Below are positions 30,224-39,712 of a stretch of 64,000 bases of DNA, in pieces (position 1 is the stretch's first letter; every line of letters starts with the position of its first letter). Below the pieces are notes generated by a model. The model saw only the letters and a program-made list of their open reading frames with translations, did not search any database and was not told the DNA's origin. Source of the stretch: a virus. The stretch spans positions 14,513 to 78,512 of the IMG/VR virus record IMGVR_UViG_3300035670_000132. The stretch is one strand, 5' to 3'. The position numbers were made by a program, and so were the translations under genes.

Positions 30224-31885
30224 ATGGCTGTAATTATAACAGACCATAGAACGGTTATAAATGAAGCCGATTCGACAACTGGATGGACTGGCGTAAACTC
30301 GTTGTTTACGTCTAACCCAGATCCTGTTGAATCAACAGGTTGTTTAGGTAGTGTGATTTCAACAACTACTTCTGATGTTTATTTCACAATCACTGCTACA
30401 GATTATTCAGACGACATTATCTACATATGGACAAGACCATTCGGTACAATGGATACATTGACTAACGGTGGAATTGGCGTTTATCTGAGTGACGGAACTA
30501 ATAGCGTTTCTTTTCACATTGCAGGAAGCGACTCGTCTTCTTTTAGATATAACGAGGGTCCAGTTGAATGGCAATGTGTAGCTATAGATACAACAGCTTT
30601 ACCAACTTTATTGACTAATAGAGGCGGAACTCCAGCTAACTTGAACTTGGCATCAATCACTAGAGTAGGAATAACATACAAAACTCTACAAAAAGCTCTC
30701 GGTGGCGTATCTAACTGCTTCACCGACATTATGAGATACTTTACTCCTGGCGCAAATGATAACTGCGCAATTACTGTATCTGGCGGAACTAGCGTAGATC
30801 CGGGCAACTTTCTTCAATTAGCTCTCGCAGATAGAGGCACGGGAGATTTACAAGCATACGGAGTATTTCACAGACTTGCGACTAGCTCATACGGTATTCA
30901 AGCTCCTATACGATTTGGCGATACTGGCACAGGATCAAGTTGGTTCGAAGATTTCAATTCGACTGTAGTTTTCGAAGCTAGAGATTTCGCAACTACTAGA
31001 TATAAAATTTTTATCACCGACAACGGAGTAGGCACAACAACTTTCAAATTAGGAAATAAAGTAGGAACAGGAACAACATCAACAGGATCAGACGGATGTA
31101 ATATTATCGTTCCTTCTGGCGTTGGTGCAGAATTTGACAGCCAAACAAATACTAATGTAACTGACGTTTTCTTGTATGGATCATTCTTCTCTGGATTCAC
31201 GAACGGATTCAAGATGAGAACAAGTCAAGAATTTATAGATTCGACATTGACTTTATCGGGAACATTCTCTCCTAAAGGCGCATTAGTATATAACAGCACA
31301 GTTTCATCACCATCAGCGAACGTTGGAATGATTATTGATTCTCCGAGTGAAGTTTCTAATGTAGTGAACTCTTTATTTTCTGGTTGCAATAACGCAATTG
31401 AAATCACTGCGGCTGGAGAATATGATTTTGATAATCTAACATTCATTGGCAATACGTATGACATATTGAATTCTTCAACTGGAACAGTTACTATCAATGC
31501 TCTCAATGGAACAAATGTATCTACTTTCATAAACACGAACGGTGGATCTACAGTAATCAATAATGCAAAGACATTTACAATAACTAACGTAGCCGCAAAT
31601 ACTGAAATTAGAATTCTCAGACAGTCGGACTTAGTTGAACTTGCTGGCGCTGAAGATGTGGGCAATACAACACCAGGAACATTCAATACAGTCATAGCAA
31701 CAGATCCAGTAAACTCAGGAAGATATACAGTTAGTTACACATATTCTTATTCAGCAGATATCGACGTATTTGTTGTAGCGCATAGCTTGTCTTTCCAGTG
31801 GTTGAGATCAAAAGCAACACTTTCAGACACTAATTCATCATTGCAAATATCTCAATTGTCAGATAGACAATATCAGAATCCATAA
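30224..31885 (+). CDS. Hypothetical virion-associated protein (beta-rich, possible beta-helix segment)
   Basis: 553 aa, T/S/G-rich; NNAIEIT..GEYDFDNLTF.GNTYDI.N segment; ends in YQNP. Confidence 0.7.
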   Translation: MAVIITDHRTVINEADSTTGWTGVNSLFTSNPDPVESTGCLGSVISTTTSDVYFTITATDYSDDIIYIWTRPFGTMDTLTNGGIGVYLSDGTNSVSFHIAGSDSSSFRYNEGPVEWQCVAIDTTALPTLLTNRGGTPANLNLASITRVGITYKTLQKALGGVSNCFTDIMRYFTPGANDNCAITVSGGTSVDPGNFLQLALADRGTGDLQAYGVFHRLATSSYGIQAPIRFGDTGTGSSWFEDFNSTVVFEARDFATTRYKIFITDNGVGTTTFKLGNKVGTGTTSTGSDGCNIIVPSGVGAEFDSQTNTNVTDVFLYGSFFSGFTNGFKMRTSQEFIDSTLTLSGTFSPKGALVYNSTVSSPSANVGMIIDSPSEVSNVVNSLFSGCNNAIEITAAGEYDFDNLTFIGNTYDILNSSTGTVTINALNGTNVSTFINTNGGSTVINNAKTFTITNVAANTEIRILRQSDLVELAGAEDVGNTTPGTFNTVIATDPVNSGRYTVSYTYSYSADIDVFVVAHSLSFQWLRSKATLSDTNSSLQISQLSDRQYQNP

Positions 31886-31944
31886 AAGCATAAATAGTAA
31901 ATAGTCTCGCGGGCTAAAATAAAAACAAAAAGGAGAACAGAGCC

Positions 31945-33531
31945 ATGGCACAGTTTTTATCAGCAAACGTAATTTCAGATCCAGACTTCTTGTCTGCGTC
32001 TATTAAATTGTCAACAGAAACAAGAACAGCAGGAGATGAAGTATTCATCGACACAACAACTAAAAAAATCAGTCTTCACGTTGACGGAGCACTTGAGATT
32101 CACGGAGTAACTCTCAAGTGCTTGTATTCATTCTTGAAAGAAGAATGGAAAAGCAACGCTAACTTGATTCAGTTCCCATTCCCAATGACTCCAATTACTG
32201 ACGAACAGTTTGAATTTTTCAACGGTTGGAATCTAGCGAACACAGATATTGAATCCGCTAATACTGGAGGACTTGTTCTTTATACTCCAGAGCTAATTCG
32301 TACTGGTGGATGGGCTGTAAAGAGCTACAATCCAGCAACAGATACAAACGGCAACGACACCGAGCGTTGGGCATCAGTCATTTCACTAGGATCACTCGGC
32401 GAAACTGACCAAGTCTACTATCAACAGACAGATACAGTTACTTCACTAGCTACAACAGCGAATTTCAAATTGACTGGCGCAGTCAATCAAGCTGTTCAAT
32501 ACTATAGCGACACAAACGGAGATGGAACAGCAGACTATGATTATAGTTCTTATCTAAGACTATTCGTTCGCGAGTGGGCTAAGACTTATGCATCTTCAGC
32601 ACTAACTGACATCGGTGTTACATCACTAAACTATCAAGCGTATCGTTTCCCACTAACAAACAGTGCAGACTCAAAGATTACTGGTATTACTGGTCTGACA
32701 GAAGCTGACGCAAACGGCGCTGCTGCTCCATACAATAACATGAGCATCACATGGTATACTGTTGGTCAAGAGTTTACTGGATTCACGGCAGCATCTTCTA
32801 ACGCCGGTTCAGCATTCTTCGAAGTTATCATTGACGCTGACGTAGGAAGCACTCAAGATCCAAACCCAAGTGCTGAACAAATCTACGCATTTATTCAAGC
32901 TAAATTGAGACTAGAAACAAACATCAACTTCGGTGATGGAAACAATGGAACAACAACAGACGTCAAGTTAGGTAAAATTGTTCCAGAAAAACTACGCTTC
33001 GTCGGTGATGATTTGTTCACTCTAGGTCAAACTTCGCTATCAGAAGGTGTCTACATTGACAACTATCGTGTAACTGATAAAAACAGACTACACTTCTGGG
33101 GTTACGAAACATCAACTGGTGGAACAGAATACACAAACATTCAGTTCCCATTCGCCGCTGCATTGACAATCAACTTCGGTGAAAACTTGCAGACAGATAA
33201 TGCGGCTGAATATTGGGTCTTCTTCACAAACGATGACGCTGGATCTAATTTGGGAAGAGATTTCGGAACAGCAAATGCTATTATCGTTCAGACAAATACA
33301 CTGACTGATATGCAAGGCGCTGCGAACGTTGTGTCTGTAACACTAGAATATGATTATGATGGAAATATTCAACGCGGCGCAGGATCAAACAATACTCCAG
33401 TTCCAATCACTGTTGTTGCTATCGGTCTAGATAAAGCTCAGTATGTTAAGTCAACAACTACAATTTTGAGAACTGTTACTAACTCAGTATCTCTAGTTTC
33501 TCCTCTAGAAAGAAACTACGCAAACCCATAA
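31945..33531 (+). CDS. Hypothetical virion-associated protein
   Basis: 528 aa; AAGGAG RBS; CATAAATA late-like motif upstream; ends in RNYANP. Confidence 0.75.
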   Translation: MAQFLSANVISDPDFLSASIKLSTETRTAGDEVFIDTTTKKISLHVDGALEIHGVTLKCLYSFLKEEWKSNANLIQFPFPMTPITDEQFEFFNGWNLANTDIESANTGGLVLYTPELIRTGGWAVKSYNPATDTNGNDTERWASVISLGSLGETDQVYYQQTDTVTSLATTANFKLTGAVNQAVQYYSDTNGDGTADYDYSSYLRLFVREWAKTYASSALTDIGVTSLNYQAYRFPLTNSADSKITGITGLTEADANGAAAPYNNMSITWYTVGQEFTGFTAASSNAGSAFFEVIIDADVGSTQDPNPSAEQIYAFIQAKLRLETNINFGDGNNGTTTDVKLGKIVPEKLRFVGDDLFTLGQTSLSEGVYIDNYRVTDKNRLHFWGYETSTGGTEYTNIQFPFAAALTINFGENLQTDNAAEYWVFFTNDDAGSNLGRDFGTANAIIVQTNTLTDMQGAANVVSVTLEYDYDGNIQRGAGSNNTPVPITVVAIGLDKAQYVKSTTTILRTVTNSVSLVSPLERNYANP

Positions 33532-33558
33532 TATTATTTTTGATCAGGAGATTATGAC

Positions 33559-34083
33559 ATGAAATATGCAAGAGCTGATGTGAGATACAATTGTTTCCTT
33601 GTGAGTAAGGGCAAAGCTCCTAAAAACAAGGAAATAATTGAACAAGTTGAAAATCAAATGGGTAATTATGCATGGGGTGAATTTACTGATAAGTGGGACG
33701 TATACGTAACAAATAATCAGATAAAGGTTGTTCCGTGCATAAAAGACATAGGCAAAGTTGCTGAAATTTGTTCTTATAAGTATGTTGCAGCAAAGAATAA
33801 TATTGAAATGGAAAAACTAAACGATGAAGAAGAAGCAATTATAGAAATGATTGAGTCTCAGTTTTTAGATGGCAAAATGACATGGAAAAACTACAGACAA
33901 TCATGGGGCGTAACTTGGAATCAAGAACGAAATCGCGTAGAAACTTACTTGATGAATTTGCCAGAATCGCAAATAAAAGTGACTGAAGAAATGATTCAAA
34001 AAGTTCTTGATCGCGGCACTGCGGCTTCTGAAACTTTGCTATCAGAAGTAAAGATCAAATTCAAAGACACTAAAAAAGAGTAA
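33559..34083 (+). CDS. Hypothetical protein
   Basis: 174 aa; AGGAG RBS; internal repeat IIE.VE.Q....W..F...W.V. Confidence 0.7.
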   Translation: MKYARADVRYNCFLVSKGKAPKNKEIIEQVENQMGNYAWGEFTDKWDVYVTNNQIKVVPCIKDIGKVAEICSYKYVAAKNNIEMEKLNDEEEAIIEMIESQFLDGKMTWKNYRQSWGVTWNQERNRVETYLMNLPESQIKVTEEMIQKVLDRGTAASETLLSEVKIKFKDTKKE

Positions 34084-34089
34084 AAACAC

Positions 34090-36585
34090 ATGGCTGGAGA
34101 ACGTAATTATCTAAGAATTCCACCAGATAGCACTGGTAAGCGCGTTCGCTTAGTTCACGGCGCACAGATATCATACACTGGAAAAACTAATGGATACACA
34201 TGGAAACTAGATAGAGAAGATTATTCTTTTGGCGCTGGTTGGAAATTTCACGTTCACAGCGTGTATGAATCCACGATAACATCTGGCTTACTTGATGTTA
34301 GTTATAGTAGGGATGAACTATACGCCGGTACTACACCAACAGTTGGTGACACTATTCTTGATCCTGATACAGGAGCAGCGATTGCCACAGTATCAGCAGC
34401 AGTGGACTTATGGAACAACGCTACTAACATCGTTGGATATGAAAATCCAGAATTTGGTCTTAACGTAGATGACACTGGTTCTGCTAATGTAAGATTCGCA
34501 GAAGGATTGCCGCAGTTAGATGCTTTTGGCAAATTAAGAACAAGCGGCGTTACTATTCTAGGTGATTATGTATTCTCTGACAACCCATTAGTTCAAGACT
34601 TCACACAGACAAAGTGGGGGTTAGGTGTTTCAGGAGCAATTGATCCAGTTCGTAAAGGACTATTAGTAACAACTCCAGGATCAGTCACTGCAACCGGTTT
34701 AGACAGTCAATCTACTGCGTATAGATTTACTTATACATCAAATACGTATCATCATTACTTTCCTGGATTCTCACACTTAATTATGATGACTGTTGCTCTC
34801 AATAACGAGGGCGAAGATGGAGTCATGCGCGAGTGGGGCTACATGGATGATGACAACGGCTACTTTTTCCGTTCAAGTAGAGCACCTACACCCGGTACGA
34901 ATGAACTAACTCTAGAATTTGTTATTCGTTCTTCAGCAACTGGGTCTCTTACAGAAACAGTCATTGGTCGAAATGAAACCAAATACTACGTCAATGGTGT
35001 CTTATCAAGCACAACAGGGTCTATTTGGAATGGTGATCTAGTTGACGGTACTGATAATAGTGGAAAAAATTTACGATTAGTAGATGATAACATTTATTGG
35101 ATCGATATTCAGTGGCTGGGTGCTGGTCGAGTAAGATTTGGAACATACCATAAAGGTCAGCGTGTCGTTATACATGAACACTACAATGACACTAACAATG
35201 GATTCCCACACTCACAGACTGGCTCATTGCCAATAAGAATTAATCAATACTGTATTCCTGGAGTAGCAGTAGCAAATTCAGCATCAATGAGAGTCTGGTG
35301 CGCTGCTGTTAGCACAGAGGCAAATATTGACTTAACTGCAAGAGGTTCAGGTGATCTTGAATCATTTGAAGTTGAATTCAGTTATGACAACATTAATGAC
35401 TGGAAGGGACTATCTGAACCTGTTTCTGGCAAGCAAGACAGAGTTGGCGTAATGAAGACTGGCGTAACAACTACTGGCACCGCAATGACAGTGCCAAATG
35501 TTACTGGAATTAAGCCGGGATTTAGAGTTCACATTACAGCACAGAATGGTGGATCTGGTGTAATCTCAATGGACAATATTGTTACTGTGCTGGAGATCAC
35601 TAACTCAACCACTATAAAGTTAAATAAAGCACCTGATGTCAACCTAACAGGTGAAGAGACAGTAATGTTCCACTTAAACGTGGATCATGAGTATCACTTA
35701 ATTGGTATACTTGCACCAGTAATCAATAGAGGACCACAGACATCAGTAAAGAATCGCACACTGTATCTGCCCAAGTTACTACAAACTATGGCATATCATA
35801 AGAATACAGGTGCCGATGGTTTCTGCGAACTTGAAATTTACGTTCAGCCAATTATCTCTGGTAATAATGTTGCTATTACAAGAGCGAGAACAAACAGTGA
35901 TGCTCTTCTAAAACTAGTTGACGAAAATAATGGTTATGGTGGTGTTATGTCATATGAAAATGACGGCAGAGCAAATTATTTCGGTGGCGGTTTCCATAAC
36001 TCAATTACGTTTGTTAAGGGTCATTCAGAGTCAACATCTCTATCTGACCAGTATGCTAACTTCCAAAGTGGTGCGTTCAAGTTACCAGCAGACAATGGTG
36101 GAAATAACAGATGCCCAGTTTTGAGAGTGTATCAGTCACCAGCAGCAGGCGTGCCAACTGTAATACAGATCAATACTCCACCTACTGGAGTAAACTTTAC
36201 AAGACATCGTGAGAATAATACTTCATTAACGTTTGAAAACATTCCAGGTGCTATAGGTAGTGATGCAACTTATGGTATAAATGGCAAGTCATTCTACGTT
36301 CGTCACTTAGACTTGGATAAACTTGAATTATACCAAGATGAACTATTCCAAACACCATTTGATACGTCTGGTTTAAGCAACGTTTCTAATACACCAAATG
36401 CCGTCACAGATGGTGGATATACTTGGAATGCCACTGGTGGATTTATTATCTCTGGATACGGTGATAGCTTATACTTTGCTGTAGTAGCAAAGCCAATTGG
36501 ACCTAGCGCAAACTCAACATTTGTCAGCACAAATGGTCCATTAGTTGTTCATTTCAAGTTAACATGGAATGAGATAATTCAGTAA
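34090..36585 (+). CDS. Large hypothetical virion-associated protein
   Basis: 831 aa; DAFGKLRTS and IYWIDIQWLGAGRVRFG motifs; elevated TTAA content. Confidence 0.7.
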   Translation: MAGERNYLRIPPDSTGKRVRLVHGAQISYTGKTNGYTWKLDREDYSFGAGWKFHVHSVYESTITSGLLDVSYSRDELYAGTTPTVGDTILDPDTGAAIATVSAAVDLWNNATNIVGYENPEFGLNVDDTGSANVRFAEGLPQLDAFGKLRTSGVTILGDYVFSDNPLVQDFTQTKWGLGVSGAIDPVRKGLLVTTPGSVTATGLDSQSTAYRFTYTSNTYHHYFPGFSHLIMMTVALNNEGEDGVMREWGYMDDDNGYFFRSSRAPTPGTNELTLEFVIRSSATGSLTETVIGRNETKYYVNGVLSSTTGSIWNGDLVDGTDNSGKNLRLVDDNIYWIDIQWLGAGRVRFGTYHKGQRVVIHEHYNDTNNGFPHSQTGSLPIRINQYCIPGVAVANSASMRVWCAAVSTEANIDLTARGSGDLESFEVEFSYDNINDWKGLSEPVSGKQDRVGVMKTGVTTTGTAMTVPNVTGIKPGFRVHITAQNGGSGVISMDNIVTVLEITNSTTIKLNKAPDVNLTGEETVMFHLNVDHEYHLIGILAPVINRGPQTSVKNRTLYLPKLLQTMAYHKNTGADGFCELEIYVQPIISGNNVAITRARTNSDALLKLVDENNGYGGVMSYENDGRANYFGGGFHNSITFVKGHSESTSLSDQYANFQSGAFKLPADNGGNNRCPVLRVYQSPAAGVPTVIQINTPPTGVNFTRHRENNTSLTFENIPGAIGSDATYGINGKSFYVRHLDLDKLELYQDELFQTPFDTSGLSNVSNTPNAVTDGGYTWNATGGFIISGYGDSLYFAVVAKPIGPSANSTFVSTNGPLVVHFKLTWNEIIQ

Positions 36586-36586
36586 T

Positions 36587-37225
36587 ATGTCTTGGGCTGC
36601 ACTCAACTACGGCTTTTGGGAATTCTGGGAATCATATGATCCAGCTAATGGATTTTATGGTTCTCAGAAAGTAACTTTTGATGGAGAAAATAAGCTGATA
36701 TACATAAATCCAGGGGAAACAAACGTTTTTGTGAAAGACGACATTTACTCTGGATGGAAAGAGTGGGTTCAAGTTCGCGAAAACGCTAAGTTCTTAGATG
36801 CTATCAGAACAACGGGTGGAGATCCAGTGGGCGGTGGACTGTTCTCTGGCGACATCTACTTCATGATCAATGGATGGAAAATTGTAATTCAGAGTCAAGT
36901 CACTGTCACTGGAATCATATACGATGAGACACCTGGAGTGTCTCCGTTCATTGTTCAGCCTGGCGGTGGTGTCATCAACGTCGTGAGTAACCTCGCATAC
37001 GCATACAGTCAAACTTCTGGCTCTACACCACCAACTGTACAAGAGATCAGACAAGAGATGGATTCTAACTCAACTAAACTTAGCTCTATTGATACTAAAG
37101 TCAATACATTGCCAACAGCGGAACAGATCAGAACTGAAATTGATACGAATTCTACGAAGTTGCAAGAAATTTCAACGAAGCAAGATCAAGCTCTCACGAA
37201 GGGAGACTTCATTGCACTTCAATAA
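36587..37225 (+). CDS. Hypothetical protein with C-terminal repeated helix
   Basis: 212 aa; PT..EIR.E.D.NSTKL occurs twice; N-domain resembles that of 31945..33531. Confidence 0.7.
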   Translation: MSWAALNYGFWEFWESYDPANGFYGSQKVTFDGENKLIYINPGETNVFVKDDIYSGWKEWVQVRENAKFLDAIRTTGGDPVGGGLFSGDIYFMINGWKIVIQSQVTVTGIIYDETPGVSPFIVQPGGGVINVVSNLAYAYSQTSGSTPPTVQEIRQEMDSNSTKLSSIDTKVNTLPTAEQIRTEIDTNSTKLQEISTKQDQALTKGDFIALQ

Positions 37226-37233
37226 TCGTTTTT

Positions 37234-37241
37234 TATAAATA
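37234..37241 (+). promoter_or_regulatory. Late promoter TATAAATA
   Basis: Exact consensus overlapping AGGAG RBS. Confidence 0.75.
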
Positions 37242-37250
37242 GGAGATATT

Positions 37251-37460
37251 ATGTCAGATACAGCATTACATGCAATCAAATCTGCACTTGACAACAACGC
37301 AGCAGAATTTAAAGACGCAATTGTAGATATGTTAGGCACTAAAGTGCAATCAGCTCTACAGTTACAAAAAACAAAATATGCAAATTCATATTTCTCGGAT
37401 GAAGTAGCATCTGAAGAAGATGAAGAACAAGAGGACCAAGAAGGAACTACAGATGATTAA
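37251..37460 (+). CDS. Small acidic protein, probable prohead core gp67-like
   Basis: 69 aa with acidic tail; position between gp20 and gp21. Confidence 0.55.
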   Translation: MSDTALHAIKSALDNNAAEFKDAIVDMLGTKVQSALQLQKTKYANSYFSDEVASEEDEEQEDQEGTTDD

Positions 37461-37698
37461 GTTCAAAGAGTTTTTGGAGATTGAAATCTCTGAAGCTGAT
37501 TTTTCAAAAGCGCAAACAACATCAACTAAGAATGCACACGCATTAATCAAAGAAAAGATGAAAAACGAAGATCATCAAGATGCTTTGATGTCTTTGTATG
37601 ATGATTTAAATGAAGAGAATCAGCAGTTGTTTGAAGAAATGCTTGAAGCTGACATTGAAAAGTTGCTTGAATTTGCACTATCACGAATCGGAGAGTAA
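37453..37698 (+). CDS. Small acidic hypothetical protein (prohead region)
   Basis: MIKFKEFL start after AAGGA; LYDDLNEENQQLF. Confidence 0.6.
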   Translation: MIKFKEFLEIEISEADFSKAQTTSTKNAHALIKEKMKNEDHQDALMSLYDDLNEENQQLFEEMLEADIEKLLEFALSRIGE

Positions 37699-37704
37699 TG
37701 AATC

Positions 37705-38166
37705 ATGGCTGACACAGTAACAACGCAAGTTTTGAAAGATCATGCAAGAGGATATGCAGTCAAGTTCACTAACTTTTCTGACGGAACAGGCGAATCAAAT
37801 GTAGTCAAAATTGATGCGTCAACACTAACAGCAGCCAATGACGACGGATCAGAGAGATTGTCTATCACTAAACTTTTCTGGTCTATTGGTTCTGGAACAA
37901 GCGCAACAATGTCACCAAGAATCACGCTAAAGTGGTTCGGAGCAGCAGCAAATACAACAATTGTCACATTGACTGGTTCTGGATTCTGGGACTTAACAAG
38001 CGCTGGTCAAGCACCACTAACAAATAATGCTACAAATCCTAATGGCGACATTCTACTTTCTACTGAAGGTTTCACTGCAAACGCAGCATACACTCTCATC
38101 GTAGAAGGTCACAAAACTGCTGGCTACACTAGCAGAGAAACAACAGACGATGGCGTCTCGCCATAA
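37705..38166 (+). CDS. Conserved hypothetical virion protein
   Basis: MADTVTTQ...KFTNFSDGTGESNVVKIDAS...GDILLST; lies just upstream of gp21. Confidence 0.7.
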   Translation: MADTVTTQVLKDHARGYAVKFTNFSDGTGESNVVKIDASTLTAANDDGSERLSITKLFWSIGSGTSATMSPRITLKWFGAAANTTIVTLTGSGFWDLTSAGQAPLTNNATNPNGDILLSTEGFTANAAYTLIVEGHKTAGYTSRETTDDGVSP

Positions 38167-38188
38167 TACATTGCGGAGAACAACTAAC

Positions 38189-38839
38189 ATGAGACTAATC
38201 ACAGAAGTCAACGAAGAGATCAAGTTCATTACTGAAGCTAGAGAAGACGGCAAGAAAAGTCTCTACATTGAAGGCGTTTACATGCAATCAGAGCGTCCAA
38301 ACAGAAATGGACGCATGTATCGCTTTGAAACTCTAAACAGAGAAGCACAAAGATATATCACTGAATACGTGCAAAAAGGTCGCGCATTCGGTGAACTTGG
38401 TCATCCACAAGGACCAACAATCAATCTAGAGCGTTCAGCTATTTTGATCAAAGACCTTCGTGCAGAAGGAACAGACTTCTATGGTAAGTCTAAAGTTCTA
38501 GACACACCTTACGGAAACATCGTAAAGAATCTAATCGACGAAGGCGCAACACTCGGCGTGTCTACCCGTGGAATGGGAAGTCTAAAAGAAGGCAAAGATG
38601 GAGTAAAGATCGTAGATGACGATTTCTATCTTGCGACTGCCGCCGATGTTGTAGCAGATCCTTCTGCACCAGATGCATTTGTTCGTGGAATTATGGAAAA
38701 TAAAGAGTGGGTCAATATCAACGGAGTCTGGACAGAACGACATATTGACGTAGCAAAAGCACTGATCAAAAAGACGTCTTCTAAAAATCTTGAAGAAGCG
38801 AAGATTAGAGTGTTTGAATCTTTCATCAAACAACTATAA
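38189..38839 (+). CDS. gp21: Prohead protease gp21
   Basis: MRLITE, NRNGRMY, GELGHP, LGVSTRGMGSL, DVVADPSAPDAFV. Confidence 0.95.
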   Translation: MRLITEVNEEIKFITEAREDGKKSLYIEGVYMQSERPNRNGRMYRFETLNREAQRYITEYVQKGRAFGELGHPQGPTINLERSAILIKDLRAEGTDFYGKSKVLDTPYGNIVKNLIDEGATLGVSTRGMGSLKEGKDGVKIVDDDFYLATAADVVADPSAPDAFVRGIMENKEWVNINGVWTERHIDVAKALIKKTSSKNLEEAKIRVFESFIKQL

Positions 38840-38849
38840 TTTTCCAAGT

Positions 38850-38857
38850 TATAAATA
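38850..38857 (+). promoter_or_regulatory. Late promoter TATAAATA upstream of gp22
   Basis: Exact consensus. Confidence 0.8.
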
Positions 38858-38891
38858 CATAACACTGACTCACACAAAAAGGAGAACTCCC

Positions 38892-39659
38892 ATGGGCATT
38901 GAAGAAAAACAAACAGAAGTTCTAGACGAGAAGAAAGTCGGTCTTTCAGAAGACGTAGATACTCTTTTCGCAGGTGAAGAACTATCTGAAGAATTCAAAA
39001 ACAAAGCAAAAGCAATTTTTGAAGCAGCAGTAGCAGCAAAGATTGAAGAGCAGACAGCATCACTAGAAGAGCAGTTCAATCAGAAACTAGAAGAGCAAAC
39101 AACTCAGTTTGCAGAATCACTAGTTGACAAGATCGATGAATATCTAGAGTATGTTGTTGAGAATTGGATGGAAGAAAATAAAGTCGCTATCGAAAAAGCT
39201 CTAAAGGTTGAGATGGCAGAAGACTTTATGGTTGGTCTAAAGAATCTATTCACCGAGCACTACATTGATCTTCCAGAAGAGAAGGTTGACGTAATCGAAG
39301 GCTACGAAGAACAAATGACTCGCATTAAGCGCGAACTTGATGAAGCAATTGCAGCTAAAGCAGAACTGGCAGAATCTGTAGTTGAATTCAAAAAAGAAAA
39401 GATTGCACAAGAAGTTTCAGAGGGTCTCTCTGAAGTTCAATCTGCAAAATTGAAGTCCCTAGCTGAGCACATTGAATTTGTATCAGAAGAGGACTACACA
39501 GAGAAACTTCAACTTACAAAGAAGAAGTATTTTGATGTAAAGGAAGAAGAGACCGTTTCTGAGTCTAAGGGTCTTGATTCTGTAGAAAATCTGGATGAAG
39601 CATTCTCACCTGTTATGAGTCGCTATGTTCAGAACCTTTCCAGAATTGTGAAAAAATAA
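38892..39659 (+). CDS. gp22: Prohead scaffold/core protein gp22
   Basis: LSEEFKNKAKAIFEAAV, YLEYVVENWMEEN, GLKNLFTEHYID; start at ATG after AGGAG. Confidence 0.93.
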   Translation: MGIEEKQTEVLDEKKVGLSEDVDTLFAGEELSEEFKNKAKAIFEAAVAAKIEEQTASLEEQFNQKLEEQTTQFAESLVDKIDEYLEYVVENWMEENKVAIEKALKVEMAEDFMVGLKNLFTEHYIDLPEEKVDVIEGYEEQMTRIKRELDEAIAAKAELAESVVEFKKEKIAQEVSEGLSEVQSAKLKSLAEHIEFVSEEDYTEKLQLTKKKYFDVKEEETVSESKGLDSVENLDEAFSPVMSRYVQNLSRIVKK

Positions 39660-39664
39660 CTTTT

Positions 39665-39672
39665 TATAAATA
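39665..39672 (+). promoter_or_regulatory. Late promoter TATAAATA upstream of gp23
   Basis: Exact consensus. Confidence 0.85.
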
Positions 39673-39712
39673 ACAACAGAGTTTCCAAAATACTCAACAA
39701 GGAGAAAAACTT

